In this document: positions 37,913 to 50,100 of the stretch, piece by piece | Position numbering within the stretch: position 1 is the stretch's first letter | How the letters are laid out: every line of letters starts with the position of its first letter | Assembly (NCBI GenBank): GCA_043228905.1 | Contig: JBHGNT010000008.1 | Location: 13,826,001 to 13,890,000, forward strand | Direction: 5' to 3' | Length of the DNA stretch: 64,000 nt | Source: Azolla caroliniana | Lineage: Eukaryota; Plantae; Polypodiophyta | Translations under genes and position numbers: made by a program | Notes under the pieces: model-generated | The model's input: the letters and a program-made list of their open reading frames with translations, nothing else | Told to the model about the DNA's origin: nothing | Database searches by the model: none

Positions 37913-40109
37913 AATTTGTAGCTACAAGGAGATCATACTAGTTTTCTTGTAAAGTGGACAAATTAGTTGTATTGCAAAAAAATAGTTTAATAAAATCGTT
38001 TCGGAGTCTTCTTTCTGTTCTTGTTTCTTAATAAAATCGTATCTCTTAAATGTGTATTGATTGACACTTTTACTATCAGTTTTACTTATTGCAACTTTCA
38101 TTTTTAGTGTCTGTTCAATATGCATAATGATGATTATACTCTTTGGTTCATACATTTTGGCGATGATTTTTTTAATCTCAAGTGAAGCATGTACAAGTTC
38201 AAACAGTTTTCTATTTTGACAACAACCAGCAGCATGAAATCAGAAATCAATGACCTATTTTAAAATTACACAGTAGATAATTTACTAAAACAAGCGATTT
38301 AATTCTTCATTGATTAATTTGTCATCAAATTACATATTTATAATACACCATTGGCAATGTCTGCAAAGCGCCTATAAAAAACTAAGCTCTTGCTGGTCAA
38401 TGGAATTTGTCTACATATGTGATTTGCATAATGAGCTCGGTATGGAGTCCACAACCATGTAGTTAGTTGCAGCTCAATGTTTTCACCAGTTAGTTATTAG
38501 GCATTTCCTCGGGTACAATGAGACATCATTTGCGAAGGTTGTATTAATGCCGGAAATGTTCTGTATCCACAATCAAAGTATTGTCAGCATTATATTCGGG
38601 TCAACTATGCCAAAAATCAGAAAGTCTTTTGAATCTTGCAATATCCTACTGCTCACATCTTTCTCGTGTCCACTAACCCTTGTAATGTTGTGGCCACTTT
38701 GGGAAGAATCTTTCTACACACTTCCACACATCTGAACGTGGTTTTCACTCCAAATAAACAAATCAAAGTATTGCACAAAGATTCACGTCCCTCCTTGGTG
38801 TCATATATCACACACTCATCAGGACTTTATCAAGCTCCAAGATCAAGGCTCTTCTTTCGTCTTCTAATGGTTTAGGTTTCCATTCCTATAACTGAGCCTC
38901 TATTACACCAAGTATTGGTAGTAGATGATCAATTTCAATCTAACCTAGGTTCTGTCGACACAATTGGTGTTCTTTTCCTCTTCAAAGTCCTGGTCGACTA
39001 CTATGTCTTTGGGTCTGGCTTCACCTTATTTTGCTCTTGTGCAGTCATTGAGCCTGGTTTCACACTGTTTTGCTCTTGTATAGTCGATTGTGTCATCGGT
39101 CCTGGCATTACCTCCGTGCATGTAGATACCTTTTTGGTCGATATCAGGCCAAGAGCATCACATGCTGCATCTACCTGCAAAATTAGATCATTTGTGCAAC
39201 ATGCTTGATATACTTGCATGACCAGATCATTTGTGTCAATTGCTACATCTACTTTCAAGGTGCGCCCACTAAACATGCAGCAACAACAGTTTCCACACTG
39301 CCATCGGCCTTAGGAGCAATAGATTCAAACCCTTTAGACTCTACAACATTAGAAAACACCAACATATTCACACTCACAAAAGTAGCTAACAGTCTCACAA
39401 AACAACATAATGAACATGAAATATTCTGCAACAAAATAATAATATTATCTTAATATCCATCATAGAGTTCCATTACATAATGTGGATCAAGAAACAACCA
39501 ACCTGAGGTTTTACTTGTACGAATAGATCATAGGAATACTTCATACTTTTCTAGGAAAAAAGCTATGGTCATATCCCACTAATTAGTAATTCAAGAGCCC
39601 CTTGACCAAGTAATTGGTTTTGTCCCTAATCACGGTCCCTTCTTTAGCCTTTTTCTAGAAGGTTGCCGATTTAGCCTTGCTCCTTTCACCCATTGCGCAA
39701 GTGTGTCCTCCTTCGACAACCTTTCCATCGCCTCAACAACGGTTTGCACGACACTTGCGCTACCTATTCAAGTAGAGTGGGATCGGGTGGGACATCATCA
39801 ACCGTTGGGCATAGTGGGGTTGAATCAAGGTTCTAGGATTCGAAGAAATGTTGCATCAAGTGTTCAAAAACACTATTCTTATGAACCTCAAATTTACATG
39901 TTGGGTCCAATATTTCATGGCTTTTCACAACGTTGCCTAATTTAGTACAATCTTCCAAAATAATAGGGTGGAGATGATTTGAAGGAGATGTGATAGCAGG
40001 ACCCTTACTTTCAGCCACGTTGCCAGATATCTCCTCATCGGTTGCGGCATCATCGGCATTAGACACATCATGCAACCTCCTTAATCCATGAGATTCTACA
40101 ACAACATGT

Positions 40110-41345
40110 CAGCTAATTAGCGGCTTCTCTTTAGCTACTACTTTTTGTAGTTAGGTGTAGTTACTTGTGTTTTTCTACCACCTTAGTTGATAACTAAACA
40201 TTGGCAGTAACTAGACTATAGATACTATTGATACTGCTTAGCTAATTACCTACAATTTAGCTAATTCCCTACCTACTATACTTTAGATTGGCAGGATCTA
40301 ATTAGCTACATCTTAGCTACCACTCTTCATACTACTTAACTAATTAGCTACAATGACATTGTAGCTAATTAGCTGGTACACTATAGATTGGCAGTACCTA
40401 ATAAGCTACTCTACTTCAGTATGGCAGTAGCTAGTTAGCTACCACTCTTGATAGTACTTAGATAATTAGCTCCATTGTAGCTAATTAGTTGCTACACTAT
40501 AGATTGGCAATAGCTAATTAGCCACTCTACTTAAATTTGGCAGTAGCTAATTAGCTACCACTCTTGATATTGCTTAGCTAATTAGCTACTCTACTGAAGT
40601 ATGGCAGTAGCTAATTCTCTACCACGCTTGATACTGCTTAGCTAATTATTAGCTATTATACTATTGATTGGCAGTAACTAATTAGCTACATCTTAGCTAA
40701 TTAGCTACTCTACTTAAGTATGGCAAGAGCTAATTAGCTACCACTCTTGATACTGCTTAGCTAATTAGCTACTACACTATAGATTGGTAGTAGCTAATTA
40801 CCTACATCTTACCTAATTAGCTACTCTACTTAAGTACAATAGGAGCTAATTAGCTACCACTCTTGATACTATTTAGTTATTTAGTTATATTGTAGCTAAT
40901 TAGCTGCTACACTATAGATTGGTAGTAGCTAATTAACTACAACTTAACTAATTAGTTACTCTACTTAAGTATGGCAGGAGCTAATTAGCTTTTACTCTTG
41001 ATATTGCTTAGCTAATTAGCTACAACTACCACGCTTGATACTGCTTAGCTAATCAGCTGCATCTTAGCTAATTAGCTACTCTACTTAAGTATGGCAGTAG
41101 TTATAGCTACCACTCTTGATATTGCTTTGTTAATTACGTACGTTGTAGCTAATTAGCTAAGCAATATCAAGACCACAATAGCTAATTAGCTACCACATTC
41201 TATACTGTTTAGCTAATTAGCGTTTACACTTTATACTGTTTAGCTAATTAGCTACAATAACTACACTACTGAACCATAATAGCTAATTAGCTACCACACT
41301 TTATACGGCTTAGCTAATTAGCTAAGATGTAGCTAATTAGTTACT
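40110..41345. repeat. Second TAGCTAATTAGCTA array within the accessory-gene intron
   Basis: Same core motif, with recurrent spacers such as CCACTCTTGATACTGCT and CTCTACTTAAGTATGGCAG. Confidence 0.95.
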
Positions 41346-44300
41346 ACACAATAGAGACAAGCAACAAATGTACTTGTCTGTTTTCTCCACTCATATTTAG
41401 GGATGGTTGTATTGTAATCCCCCAAACAGATTGCAGTGGTGCGACATGCATATGCAAAACAAGCGATATGGCACGTGTGCTGACATGGTCGTAGGTGTAC
41501 CAACAAAGTAGCAATTTTTTCCTCTACGCCTAAGCCGCAAGCGATGCAACGTGCTTGAACAGTCAATATATCGTTGCCTAGTTCTCCTACATTTGGTAAG
41601 GGAGCAAGAATGGTGAGGTCCAATTCTTGTCTACTCCTTACCATCCCCTCCACAAAATGTAGCTTCTTCTTAAGGCATCTAACTACCTGTTCTTGACGAG
41701 AGTATTATTCCTACAACACAACCGAGAAATTTACCGATTTATTAATCCTTAATGAGGAAGATAGAACAACAATAAACAAGACTCATTAACTTACTTGGAG
41801 GTTCTCCAAATTGTTATCAGCGACAATATTTACACTAAGAAGATCCAGGTTCATTGAAAGAACCTGAATCTTCGTATGGAGTTGTATTTTCCGATGGGGA
41901 TCCAGTGGCCCCTAAGTTTCAAGCTCATGTTGAGAAACCTATTCCAGATAATGCCTCATTGAGCACATTTTCATGTACAAGTTATTTATAACATGTTACA
42001 TACTAGCAAAACAATAGCTACCTGAATCTTATTTCTGATTGTTGTCACTGTCACAGATGAACAATTGGACGACAAAGAGATGGGTAAGTTGATGAGATAG
42101 AGAGATGGAGAAGTTGACGACAATGAGTAAGAATATCTATTCCATGACTGGTGTTGATCTCCTTGATGTTAACAAGGGAGATCAACCCTTTTTATACATA
42201 TAGTGATGCATGATAAGCATCGTCATGCCAAGTCATACATACTATAATATCAAGCATACTGATTCTTGCATGCCAAGTCTTACATACCGAGTCTTACATA
42301 CCACTCTTTATACAAAGGTTTAAAGTCTAAAGTTTGTCTAGGAGAAATATATATATAAGGACCTAAGGCTATCAGAGATGAAAATCATGAACCACATCTG
42401 GGGCATTGAGTAAATTTCTTGCAGCCTCCCATGTGGCCTCAGAAATGGGATAACCTTTCCACAAGACCAGATACTGGAGATTTCGTCGGCTCTTGTGCGA
42501 GTCTAGAATGGTCTCGAATTCATACTCATCCCTGATCGCCAATGCCACAAGGGGTGGCGACTCAATGCTTCTTCCTGGAATTGAGGATGGATGGTAGAGC
42601 TCAAGAAGAGATGCATGGAAGAAATTGTGAATTCGGTAGTGTGATGGAAGAGCAGAACGGAAAGCTATGGGGTTGAATTCGTCAACAATTCGGAACAGAC
42701 CCAATTTTTTGTAATCAAGTTTATTACATAGACGAGTTGTCGGAATATGCCGACGTAATAGCCAGACCATGTTGTGGACTTTAAAACTAGGTGCATCTTG
42801 CCGATGTCGATCAACCTTCTCTTTGTGTCGTTCCTGAGCAATGGAGAGTTCGAGGGATAGGTCATGGTGCACTTCTCTCATCAAACGAGCTCGTTCTTCA
42901 GCAGATGGATTCACAGAACAAGCAGGGATAGCTATGTTAAAGCGTGGGTGATACTCATAGTTTGCGAAGAAGGGTGTTACACTAGTTGATGTGTGGAGAG
43001 TATTGTTGTAGGCGACTCGGCCATTAGAAGAAATTTGATCCAATCATCTTGTTGATACTTATCATACATCGGACATATTGCTCTAGAATCTGATTCACTC
43101 ACTCCGTTTGTCCATCTGTCTCAGGATGGAAGGCTGTCGAAAATTTGGTAGAAGTTCCAAGTGTCTAGAAGAGGCGTTTCCAGAAATGAGACATAAATTG
43201 GGGACCACGATCGGAGATAATGTCATCCAGTAAATCGTGAAGGCGCACAATATTTGTTAATAATAGATAAGTTGTTTCCATCCCTGAAATTGCCTTAGAA
43301 CATGGAATAAAGTGTGCCATCTTTGTAAATCTATCAACTACCACCAATATTGAATTGAATCCATCAATGTCTGGAAGGTCAGTGATAAAGTCTGTCGAGA
43401 TGGAAGCCCATGGCCTATTTGGATTTGGCAAAGGTTGAAGTAGACCACAGGGACGATGATGTACAGCTTTGGCGTGGGCACATGCATCACATGTTTTCAT
43501 GAATTCTTTAACAAGTTTCCAAGGTTGTGGCCACCAATAACTTCTAGATATTAACTCCAAATTGTTTGTAATGCCAAAATGTCTAGCTAGGGCATCATCA
43601 TGGCATTCCCTCACGATACGGATACTACAAGGACCATCTGGGACATACATTAAGTTGTACCAGAAAAGAAAACCATCCCGAAACATAAATTGGTTATGAG
43701 TATTCCGTACCTCACCTTTGGATGAGTTGTTGAGATTCTCCCTAATTTCTTATGCAAATTTGTCGGTGGCAGTATTTGTGGCTATTGCATTCAGTAATGA
43801 TTCATCCACGGCCATATAAGTTGCACAGAGTCAAAATTGATGTGGTTGTAGGAGACAATGTGATTGTTGATTGTAGGCTGCATCACTTGGCCAAATTTTG
43901 AATTCCAAACGTTGAGATAGGGCATCAGCTTTACCACGTTGGACACCAGGACAAAAAAAATTTCAAATTCGGTTCAAAATGCAAGTAGTGGTGAAGTAGA
44001 CAAGGTTCTTGTGATCAGTCACCACCTGGATACGGTGTTAGGTGCCCGCCAAGTAAGGACGCCATTCTTCAAAGGCGGCAATAATGGTAGAGTGTTCTTT
44101 GTCATAAATTGGGTAGTTGATCTCGGGGGCTGTGAACTTCCTAGAATAAAAGGCAACAGGATGAAGGATCCCGTTTTTATCTGATTGAGAGAGAATGGCA
44201 CCGATGGCGAAGTCAGAGGCATCAGTTTCGACTATAAATGGTTTGGTCAAATCTGGATGAAAAAGTACCGGCGTCGAGGTAAAAGATTTCTTTAGTATCT

Positions 44301-47115
44301 CGAATGCTTGTTGGGTTGTTGGAGTCCCGCAAAAAGGGGAATCCTTCCAAGTGAGTGCTATAAGTGGTTATGCTAGTGTAGAGAATCCTTGGATGAATCG
44401 ACGATAGAAGTTGGCAAAACCCAAAAATGATTGTACATCCTTGACCTTGGTGGGGACTTACCACTCTTGAACCATTGCGACTTTCTTCTTTTCCATAGTG
44501 AAGCCATCAGATGAAATGATGTGCCTGAGGAATTCAACTGAGGTTCGATCAAATTCACTTGAAGTTTGGACAAGATAAGTCAGACGTGCTTGGTGTGCTC
44601 TATGTAGTCCTGTCATAATATAAGTATGTCGTCGAGATAGATGACCACAAATTGGTCTAGATATTCTCGGAAGATATCATTCATCATATGTTGAAAAACA
44701 ATAGGAGCGTTTGTGAGACCAAATGGCAATACCATGTATTCAAAATGCCCGTACCTGGTTCGAAATGCCGTTTTCCACTCATCTCTAGGTTTCATATGTA
44801 CCAAGTTGTAGGCGCCTCTGAGATCGATTTTGGAGAATATACGCCCAACCCAAAGTTGGTCGAGGAGTTTGGGGATTAGAGGTAGTGGATGGTGGTTTCG
44901 AATAGTGACTCAATTGAGCCCGCGATATTCAATACATAAGCATAGAGTTCCATCTTTCTTTTTGACAAATAGAGTCTGTGATCCAGCTGGAGATTTTGAG
45001 TGGTGAATGAATCCCTTTGAGATTCTCTTGAATGTATATTTTGAGGGCCTTGAGTTCAGTTTCAGATAACCCATAGATAGGGCCAAAAGGAGGACAAGCA
45101 CCATCTTGCAAGTCAATTGGACAATGGTATGGGCGATATTCAGGCAGGTGATCAACGTTTTTCTTCTCAAATACATAAGAGAAATCATTGTATTTTGATG
45201 GAAAAGAGCTACTACATAGGGTAATGTCTGGAGTGGACATGACGGCCATGTCCTTAGAATTAGACATGGATACAATTTACACCGTATCACTTACCCGAAC
45301 AAGAGTGGAATCTGTTTTCGAGGCCGATGTGGTTGGAACTATCGAGGTTGTTTCTATTGGAGCAATCGTTGACATGGTTCTTGTTGAAGAGGAAATGGGA
45401 GCGACTGCTAACGTGGTCCTCACCGGAGCAGAAATGGGGGTTGCCCTCAAAACATGAGTGCGAGCAACTGTTGACACGGTCCTCATTGGAGCGGAGACTA
45501 GAATCAGAGCAACCATTGATGTGATCCTCACTGGAGCAGAAATGGGAGTTGTCCCAAAACATGAGTGGGAGCAACCGTTGACATGGTCCTCACCAGAGTA
45601 GGCGGCCAAACAAATGGCGGAGCATTGGCTCGAAGAAGAGTGGAAGTAATCCCTTGTGGGCGAGAATTCGAGGTGAAGTTGATGGAGCGAGATCGCCAAT
45701 CGACTATTGGATTGTGAGTCTCGAGCCATGATAACCCCAAGATGATAGGATGTCGAGGTGATGTGATGAGGTTAAAAATGATTTCTTCCTGGTGGGCTCC
45801 TATGTGGAGACTCAAGGGAATTGTTGTATGTGTGATTGCACCAAAAGAGAGCGTTCAACCATCAATCACTTCAACTGGAATCGGGACAATTATTTTGTTG
45901 CTTAGAATGTTGTGTGTCTGTGCAAACATGATGTCAATAAAGCACGACATAGCCCCAGAATCCAACAAAGCTTTTGTCTTTAGAGTGCTAGAGCCAAACT
46001 AAAGAGTGACCGGAAGTGTGAAGCTTGTTGTCAAGGAAGTCGGTTGATTGGGCCCTTGACACAATTGTCGACTTTTGTGGTCCAGATGCACAACCCCTAC
46101 TGCAACTGGAAATTGGAGTTTTCCTGTTGGCAAAAAATGTTAACCACATCCACACGATGTGGTGTTCGATGGGATCCCCTTTTTGGGAAAGAACGGATCA
46201 AATGGGCAGGGCCACCACAATAGACATATAAATTGTTGGCCCGTCGATGTTGTTGTTGCACGTTAGTCAATGGTCGATAGCGAATTCAATCGATCTCCAT
46301 TGGGCAACTACAATCCATGGCGGAGTTTACGATGAAGATGAAGTGGTTGGCCAAGGTGGATGGATCCGGTGAGGACATACCTCTTGCCGGAACTCAAAGA
46401 GACGATTATCGCAGCGCACAGCTTGGGAAATAACCTCATTCAAAGATGTGGTCTCAGGAAAGTTAAGCAAAAGATTTTTTATCTCACCTCATAATCCTCA
46501 ATGGAACTGATTGAGGAGGGCTTGCCCGTACCACTCCACATAAAACGCGAGCTGATGAAAGTCAAATGCATAGATTGATGCCGCACGTTCTCCTTGTTGT
46601 AACACATATAGTTTGTTGAGTGCAGATCGCCGTTTGTCGGTCTCCCCGAAAGTTGCCTAAAATTCGGTCAGAAATGCGTGGAAGTCATTCAAGAGAGACG
46701 AAGAAGTCTCCCCTAGAGAAGCAAACCAGGCTTACGCTTGTCTTGTCAACAACGTGCCAATCCCAACTTGTCGAAAGTCCTCAAAATATCGCCAAGGTTA
46801 AAGACGAATAATAAGGCGGATTTGGTTGATGAAGCCTCTTAATCGTGACCTTGTTCCATCGAATTTTTCTAGCAAGCTGACATTAGGTTCTACAACAGAA
46901 GGGTCAATAATCAGGTGAGGTATAACCGTTGTCGCTGCATGAAGTTCTTGAACAGAGTTTTGTAACTGTGCATTCTCGTGTCAGAGTTGTAGCACCGCTG
47001 TCGTGTGAATCTTCACACACTATGTAAAAAAATAATAATAAATAATGAAATAAGTATTTTATATTAGCTTAATGCCTTGTTATAGAAAGATGGATGTACT
47101 CAAGAGCTTCAAATT

Positions 47116-50100
47116 TGTAAAAAGTAACGTGCGGAAGCAAGTATGAAGACCGAACAGAAGGAAGAAAACTCAGGTTAATGGAGAGCTTGAGCTCACGCAG
47201 TATACGCGGGAGAGACAGAGAGAGTGAGAGAGGAAAACACAAGAGGTATATTCAAAAAATACTCAATCTCTACTCACCACACTCTATACATATCTGTGTT
47301 CAATGAACACTTTTATACAAGTCCTAGAAGGACTGACCGAAGTATTGACAGTACTTCAATGCTCATTAAGAGCTCCTACACTAACTCCCAAATATATTCC
47401 TCACGGAATATCTTTCCTAGCGGCCTCCCGATTTACGCACCGATCCGGCCCTACCTACGCCCCGGTCTGCGTACCGGTTTACGCATTCGGCCTAACCGAT
47501 CGGTCCCAACCGATCCGGCCGATGTTGAGCTTGTCTCTCAACACTCCCCCTCAAGCTCAACTTGAGGCTCTTCGAGATCTTTGGGCTCACAGCTCCGGTT
47601 CCTCCTGGCTTCACACCTCGCTCGCGCTCCACGAACTGTTCGACTCCGCGCGCTTCGACCCTTCCGGTCGGCTTGTCTGCTCATGTGGCCCTTATCAACT
47701 CTTCTACTGTTGCGGTGTTGATGCTTCTCCTGCTGCCTTTTCTTCCGCTTGGGCCTCGGTTGATTCAGCGTATCTGAATCAAACATCCGAACCGACTCGG
47801 CTACCTCCGATCGGTTTTCGCTCTCGTCCGAGTTGGCTGTCTCCAACTTGTCTTCGGTCTTCTCGCCCTCGATGGCATCATCTTCCCCATGCGTGGTTGG
47901 CTTCGGCTCTCTCCTTCGGCTGCTCCCCTTCTGTCCGCTTCCGGACTTTTCCGCGGGTCCGCCCTCGGCTTCTTCAGCCAATCCGAAATCGAACTCGACA
48001 ACCAAGTCAACCGACTCGGTGTCGCGGTCTCCACTCCTTTCCTGCTGCCTTGCTTGGTCGTCCGGGACTGTTCTCCCCCTCAAGTTTGGCACGTCGAGGT
48101 GACGCAATCCGAGCGCACCTGAGAATTGCCGCAACTTGTCCAGACCAAGAGGCTTGGTGAAGATGTCGGCAGTCTGCCGATCAGTCGGAACGTACTGAAG
48201 TTTGACTTCACCGGAAAGGACACGCTCATGGACGAAATGGTAGTGCACCTCAATATGCTTGGTCCGTGCATGGAAAACGGGGTTTTTCGCGAGCTGGATG
48301 CTGCTGAGGTTGTCACAGTAGATTGTGGTCGGATCTGACACCTCCTCTTGCAGGTCCCTAAGCAGTCGTTTCAACCATATGGCTTCGCATGTCGCAACAG
48401 CCGCTCCTCGGTACTCAGCTTCGGTGCTCGACAGTGCAACTGTCGGCTGCTTCTTACTGCTCCATGCGATCGCGGCACTCCCGAGGGAGAACGCGTATCT
48501 GGACATGGATCGGCGATCGGCGGCGTTGCCAGCCTAATCAACATCGGTGTAGCCGACTAACTGCGCGGCTGCACCGGCCCGATATAGCAGTCCCCGGTCC
48601 TTAGTGCCGTTGACATACCGAAGTATGCGTTGCGCACATTGGAGGTGCTCCTCGGTAGGTCGCGCCATCAACTGACTGATGACTCCGACCGGATAACTGA
48701 GGTCGGGTTGGGTGATGGTCAAGTATATGAGGCTTCCGACAATTTGTCGGAACCTCGTCGGGTCACATACCTTTCCCGTATCAGGACGAAGCTTGACGGT
48801 TCTGTCCAGAGGAGTCGAGACGGACTTACAATTGGCCATCCCGAATTTTAAGAGCATACTCAGCACGTAATGACGTTGGCTGATCAGTATGCCTTCGGGG
48901 GTAAGGATCACGTCGATCCCGAGGAAGTAATGAAGGTCCCCTAGATCTTTCATGTTGAACGATGCCGCAAGCTGGATCTTCACGCGGTCGATTTCACCTA
49001 GGTCGGTGCCGGTGATGACCAAGTCATCAACATATAGTAAAATACTAACCAGTCCAAGTCGACCTTTTCGGATGAACAGGGAAGAGTCCGATTTTGACGT
49101 GACGAAGCCCATCCGACGCAGTTGTTGCATGATCTTCGCTTCCAGGCATGCGGGGCTTGCTTCAGTCCGTAAAGGGACTTCTTCAGTCGGGATATTGCCA
49201 AGGAGTTCGTTCCAGAGTGAAATCCGGGGGGCTGTACTATGTGCACTTGTTCCTCAAGGTCACCTTGCAGGAACGCATTCTTTACATCCATCTGATGTAA
49301 GTGCCACCCCTTCACCGCAGCTACTGTGAGCAAAACACGGACGGTCGTCATTTTCGCGACTGGCGCAAACGTCTCATCATAGTCGATGCTGTGTTTCTGC
49401 GTGTAGCCCTTTGCCACTAGCCGAGCCTTGTACTGGTTGACTGAGCCATCGGTCTTGTACTTGACCTTGTACACCCACCTACACCCGATCGGTTTTACCC
49501 CTGTTGGTGCATCAACCAGGTCCCAGGTCTCGTTCTCCGCCAATGCGTGCATCTCTTCCTCCATTGCGGCACACCAATTCGCGTCTTTAGTCGCTTTTGC
49601 CTAGCTCTCCGGCTCACGCACTTCCGCTACACGGGTCATGTACGCATAATGATGTGCCATGTACTTGTTGTATCCAAACCGCAAAACAAGATTCTTCTGG
49701 CGGGTAGATCGGCGTAATCTCACATTAGCCGATGTCGAGGCCTTCTCAGTTGACGCGGACTTCACCTTTAAAGACCCGTCACCGGTTCCCTCGGAGTCGG
49801 ACTCGCGTCGGTCTGACTCGTTCCTATCCGTGCCGGAATCTGACACCTTCTTCTTCCCGTTCTCTTTGCACGTAAGCCGTCTCCTCGACTTCCTGTGCGG
49901 GGAATGCACGACCGAGTCTCCACTACTCGCCGGCTCTTCATTGGACTGATCGTGCCGACTCTGTCGTCCAATCGGTCCACTTAAACGGAGTGAAATCGGA
50001 CTCTCTTCGCAGGTCTCGATTTCGGGCTCATCCGGAGGCATCTCGGCCTCGATGACCTCATCGTCAGAACTCAGATTGGAGTCGGGGGCTGGTACCAGGA

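Noticed and set aside
35603-41345. TAGCTA arrays as CRISPR arrays
   Set aside because: The repeats are short and degenerate, spacers recur and vary in length, there are no cas genes, and the context is eukaryotic introns.
47303-48160. 285-aa + strand ORF
   Set aside because: It is an antisense shadow spanning the H LTR and GC-rich pol tail with no motif.
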